A stretch of 64,000 nt of DNA. It comes from the human T2T-CHM13v2.0 reference genome, Homo sapiens. The stretch is taken from NCBI RefSeq assembly GCF_009914755.1, contig NC_060925.1; one strand, given 5' to 3'. Below the pieces are notes generated by a model, which made no database searches, had not been told where the DNA came from, and saw nothing but the letters and a program-made list of their open reading frames with translations. The translations under genes and the position numbers were made by a program. This document shows, in pieces, positions 58,599-64,000 of this stretch (its first letter is position 1; each line of letters begins with the position of its first letter).

Positions 58599-60069
58599 AA
58601 TAATATTCGTTACCATGTTCCTGCTGACAGTTTGAGTACACAAGATACACTGTGACATAGTGAATTCAAGGAAGCAAACATGGTATGGGTTGGAATAATC
58701 ATGGATGGATACTTACTGCAAGAGGCAGAAAAACACATGCAGTTCCTTTTCTAGGAAAATATTGGTAAATTATGCTTGGTTAGTAAAAGTGCACAGAAAG
58801 CATATGGAAGTTTCAAATCTATTTTCCATAAATTTTTCCCCAAAGTATTTCTGAGATGCTGGGTGCAAGGTACGGTTCATTGTCCTAGTCCTCTATGCTG
58901 AAAATGATCATTTTAATTGGATTGCTTCTTTGGAAACAAGACAAAGCGTACATTGCTAAAAGCTTCTGGAGGCCATTTTCAATATTTGTAATAATATAAG
59001 TGCTAGAAATGTGCTTTCATTTATATTCAAAGGCAATAATGCCTTCTGTAAGCATGGCGTCTCTGTAAGACTTTTATAATGTCTACTTAAATGCAAGCAG
59101 ACAAAATTAGTTTTCACTTTAGATTGGAAGACCTTTCTCCATTGCAACTTTTTGGCCTCTCTTTTTGTTCTGCTCCCCAAGAGCAATGTAAATGTTGCTC
59201 TTTGTTTTGCTAAAAGAGGAATGTTTATTTTTACAAGTACCATGCCACTTCCATATGATCTACATGGTATGTGTCATGAATATAATTTCTGTATGATTGG
59301 CCAAATTTTTCACTTTTAATTAAGATGACCAGACAAAAATTTGAATTGTAAGAAAATTATGGGCCAATTTAGTGCCTGTTGAAATGTACACTGGATATTG
59401 AAATGTTCTACAGAGCATAATGAATGAAAGTAAAAAGGCTCTATCTCTTTTCTGAAGCCTACTTGAAAATTTTGCTTTCATAACATGACATTGAAAAAGA
59501 TACTATAAAAATATTTATTAAAATCATAGCTCGAGTTTTTTCTTAGAAGTAAGAAATTATGTTTAATATCAAGGACTTTACTACAGGATAACATGATTGT
59601 GTTTCACATAGAAAAACTTTGTTGAAAAATCAGTGTGGAGTTGAGTTCATCTGGGCCCTAGCTGAAACTAATTTTACTTTTGGATATTCCATAAACTGCA
59701 TACATCTCTTTCTTACTGTTTTGTTTTTCTATGTATGAGAAATCCATAGACACAGAAAAAAGATGGAGAGCCTTCATTTCTCTTATTTTCACTTTTGTGC
59801 CATCCCTCTGTGCTTGTTCTTTGTTTAAATAAACTTTTGTTGTATGTCTTTCACACATCATCACTCTCTGCTTCAAAGGCTTCTTTTAATAACTTAGCCC
59901 TGGCTCACTTTTCTTTTGCATATGAAATTGATTTAACTAAAGTGTATGTGTGTGTTTGTGTGCGCATATGCCTACATACACATGCATCCGTACAAATAAA
60001 AATTTCACTGGAAAGGGAACTCCGTGATCTCTTTACTACGTACATACACACACCTTGTCGAAGTGGGAA

Positions 60070-60265
60070 AACTTAAGTTTGGAGTTAATTTGGTTTTGAG
60101 TTCCAGCTTTTTCTCTTAGTGCTGTCTGTTTCCTCACCCTGAAATGAAGATGGTAATGTTTACTTTGCAAAAGTTGCTGGGAAAGTTATGTATATATAAA
60201 TCACTTTATTTTTATTGCTAGACATTCAATAAATGCTAGCTGTTACTGTGACCATCATTATTGTC
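60070..60265 (+). mobile_element. MIR SINE fragment
   Basis: gtttggagtt...tctgtttcctcaccctgaaatgaagatggtaatg...attcaataaatgctagctgtt. Confidence 0.6.
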
Positions 60266-60940
60266 ATATATGTAACACAATTATGTCATACATTTATTTT
60301 GAAGCTGATAATAAGTAAACTGATAAAAAGCAGAAGGTTGAGATTAAGGCTTCTTATTGCTAAAAGATTGATCTTAAGTACAATCACGTGAAAACTGATA
60401 GTTACATAACCTGAAAAATCATAAAATACTGAAAAATTATGACTGTTATGTGATTGTTTTCAGTTGTCAGACTACGTGATGTTAAAATGGCAGTTGATTT
60501 TTTGTATTAACACAGTGCCTCTAATTTTAAAAACTGCTTCAGCAATCATGTATTTAATGAAAACAGAAGTAACGATACAAAATAACAAAAATATAAATAG
60601 AGTTCAGAATTTGAAAATACTGTATTAGGAGGTAAGCTGACTATTTTTCGTGTTCTTTAAATATATTTAGATCAACTTGAATATTAAGCCTCCTACAGCA
60701 GGTAGATAGAGGTATCAATTCAGTTACCATTTAAAATACAGTAACTCCAATGAGGAGTTTCTTATAATTATTTCTAATTACTTTTTGATATTAGAAATTA
60801 GAGCTATACCAGAATGCTGGGAAAGATGTCTTTTTCAACATTGTATCACAGCATCAAGCATTATGCATCAAACATCAATTCCTACTCACAATATCCATTC
60901 AATGTATATTTGGATTATATTTTCTTTGGATAGACCCTCA

Positions 60941-61654
60941 TAGTAGAAACTCTGTATTAACCAGCTTGCAAGATGAACCAAGACTTTTTGTTTTCTTTGT
61001 AATATACTGATTCCTTTGGCATGTTGAATTTTCATGGCCAACAGTTACCTACTACCACATCCTAGCACTATTGTTTTTACCAGTTGTGTGCTTACCACGT
61101 CAGTTGTGTTATTCCGGACCTGTTTATACTAGTCTTATTTGTATCACCATTGTGTAATTTAATTAAATTTATGTGAACCAATGGCATGCAAGTTCAAAAT
61201 GGAAAAGTTTTATTTCTATGAAACTAACCCAGTGCCTTGGAAAGAATCAGTAAAGGCAAGCTACAAAAATTTCTGTCAGATTACATGTCAGTGAGATAAC
61301 TACAGAAGATGAGAGAAGGTTGTAAAAATAAGAGTTTTGTTAGATTATTTTAGAAATATCTTTAAATTCTCCCACTACTTAAAGTAAATGGAACTGGAAA
61401 TCTTTTATGATGCATTATAGATACGCATTATATAAGAAAGATGCTGTGGAGCTCCAATTATTAACAGACATTATTAAATTTAAATTTTTGCCTCTGCATA
61501 AAAAGATTGGCCAAAGAATGTACATACACATGCTCAAAGTTAAAATGTTTAAGGTGCATATGTCTCATTAATGAGTATCTTCTTCATCCATTTTTTCAAA
61601 TTAACCAATCAACAACTGGCCCTAACAGTACTGGATAAGGTAACTTCTATTCTA
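60941..61654 (+). mobile_element. Old Tigger DNA transposon (Tigger13a-like) with decayed pogo/CENP-B HTH coding remnant
   Basis: Degenerate inverted ends tagtagaaact/acttctattcta; remnant translation KWKSFISMKL/SALERISKGK and LEIFYDAL*IRII*ERCCGAPI resembles the Tigger transposase N-terminus. Confidence 0.6.
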
Positions 61655-64000
61655 TTTTGTATTCCTACTCTTTACAGAGTTTTAGAGATGTTTTGTTTCC
61701 TACCTACCAAGGGAAAAAAAGGGAATTGGCAGATAGAGTTTATATCTTGGGATGAGATGTGTAAAGGGCCAGGACCTGAAATTACGTGAAGGTTGATATT
61801 CTGGGATTGGTAGTTTTGAAGTTCCATAAAGAAGTTCAGTCCAGCCATGTTCCAAATGCTCTGAGTATAGGCACTGGCTGGTAAGCTTAGTGGAGTGTTA
61901 TACAACATGGAAGTCTAACTGGCAGTTCAATGTCCCAAAAGTTGGACAGAACCAAGAAATAGAGAACATAAGCAGATGACAGTAATCCAGGCAGAAGGTT
62001 AGTGTCAGAGAAGTCTGTCAGTGGGTCATAGGGCTCCACGTGCTAGCCTGGGTTTCCGTGCCAGAATTTTGTTCTTGGGAGGCAGGTAGGGAAAAGCAAG
62101 TCAACATCTCCAGTTCCAGATGAGCTAGGGCACTTGACCAAATACAGGTACAGAAGTTAGTCCTTGAGGTAGAGCTTACCTGTTGGAGAACATGGCAGAA
62201 ATCATTGTACCAAAATTGGAGCACAGGTCAGAGGCTAAAGCATGGCTTACTGCTGTGGCTCATGGTGAACTTGAGCTTCTCATGGCCCCTCCTATCTCCT
62301 GAGGATGGCTGAGCTCACAGATGGGGACTGTTATGTAATCAGAGGTCAAGTGGTTTAGCTGGGGTGGCAGAGAGCCAGGTGAAGACTGAAAGTGTTCAAA
62401 TAAGGAAGAGAACAGAATTGCTTTATGTCTGCCTTCATGAAGACAAACCCTAATAGCCAAAGGACTGAAAGTTTGCCCAAAGAGACCTCAATTTTTGAAA
62501 GGAAAATGCATCTTCTCCTTATGTTAGAATGACCACGTCTAAATAAAATAAACTCTTTTGCCTTTTGTTGTTACTTGTCTTGGTATCTACCATTGTTTGA
62601 CACTAAAAAAAAATAAAGCAGTGACTAATTATTGGCTAATTTAATCTGTCATGATGGCATTTGTAATTCAGGTACATCCTTCATTAAAGCAAGTATAGGC
62701 ATTATTATTTTTAAAACTTTTTTTTTCTATTTGGATTTCTTCTATTTTGTTTGATTATTTATTTTGTTGTTACTGGTGGTGGTGGTGTTTTACAGTGAGA
62801 CATACTGGTTAGCTCAGCTAAGGTGTTTGAGTAAGACTTCATAAACATAAAGTACTTTGTGTGGGTTTGTTTTGTGTGTTCCATCTTACGTCATTTGTGG
62901 CACTGAAAATGAGATTGCAATTCCCAGAGTACTGGGATAGTTCATTCAGAGGTTAGCCCACCTAAGTTTATAGCAGTTGTCTGTAATAGAATTGTAACTA
63001 ATTTCCACTGTTGTTTTTGGAGAAAACTGTAGACTATAATTATGTGTTAGCACTTTTTAAACAGCTCCCTGCATTGTCATATCATTTTAAATGGGCTCTG
63101 TTTTAAAATGACCTTTCATGTTTTGATTGCAAAAATATAGCTTACACAGGTCTGTAGTTAGCAAAATACAAGGATCCAGTAAATGATAGAGCATTGACAC
63201 AACTCTAGAAGCATGTGTTAAACATCACTGGCACTGCCCTAGGTTTAAAGGGGAAGAAATAGGGAAGTAGAAATTCACTGTTCTTCAACACTCCTTCTGT
63301 TGGATAGGCAAGATTAGTACATAGAACAGTTATGGAGCCATGTGAAAAAAAATAGTAGTTATACAAATGTAAAATGCTACACATGAAGTATATTGCATTA
63401 CCTTTTTGTGGCCTATGGAAAGAAGTCTCAGAGCACAGTAAGATTCAAGTACCATCTCCCAGAATTGGGGTCAGCAACACCATTTTATATTTTGGCAAAT
63501 GCTACCCACTGTCTCCCAAACGGCAGATATCTGCATATAGTTAGTCATGTGGACACACCCTTCCTCTGCTACATTGCATTGCCATATTAGTAGTAGAATT
63601 TTAGTGTTGATTTAAAAGACAGTCTGCCTTAAAGCAGATTGCATAGTTTGCACACTGTGAATTGTAATTAAAGTGTAAGGGGGGCTTATTATGTCAACAA
63701 CTGGCATGAGAACCCCCGAGCAGCAGGTGACCCTGACCATGTGACGTTTGTGACAGCTAGGATCCCCTTTTCACTGGCTTAGCGATCTGAAAGTCCAAAT
63801 TGAAAGAAGCCCAGAGGCTGTATATTTCATTAGATCCCAGGGGAAGTACAGGATACAGCTTCCTTCTGTTTTCCTGGGAGGTCGCCAGAAAGTTTGTAGA
63901 GCTCTGTTTCTGTCAGAGACTCAAAAGAGAAAAGAAAAAGCACACACAAAACAAAACAAAACACCATACACACCACAAAACCATCCACCAATCACCCCCA

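Noticed and set aside
61690-62420. GC-richer block resembling an old LTR or L2 fragment
   Set aside because: Could not be assigned to a family or given termini by eye

Overview
Primate (human-like) non-coding genomic DNA, most likely the interior of one very long intron or an intergenic stretch. No protein-coding exon, RNA gene, CpG island or CRISPR array can be supported, and I cannot name a host gene. The short ORFs in the track are Alu read-throughs or chance ORFs. Recognisable content: about 18 Alus plus a FAM (fossil Alu monomer), many MIR/L2/L1 fragments, a piggyBac-derived MER85 MITE with TTAA duplications, Tigger and hAT fossils, and microsatellites. The best leads are the MER85 with its CSB-PGBD3 palindrome, a candidate 9-nt microexon with an SRRM4-type context, three closely spaced inverted Alu pairs, a YY1/NFI composite motif cluster, ARE/AP-1 sites, a possible ancient RTE-clade LINE fossil, and templated-insertion scars. 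I see no convincing wholly new biological system. Repeat subfamily calls come from recalled consensus sequences, not from an alignment, and boundaries of old repeats are approximate.
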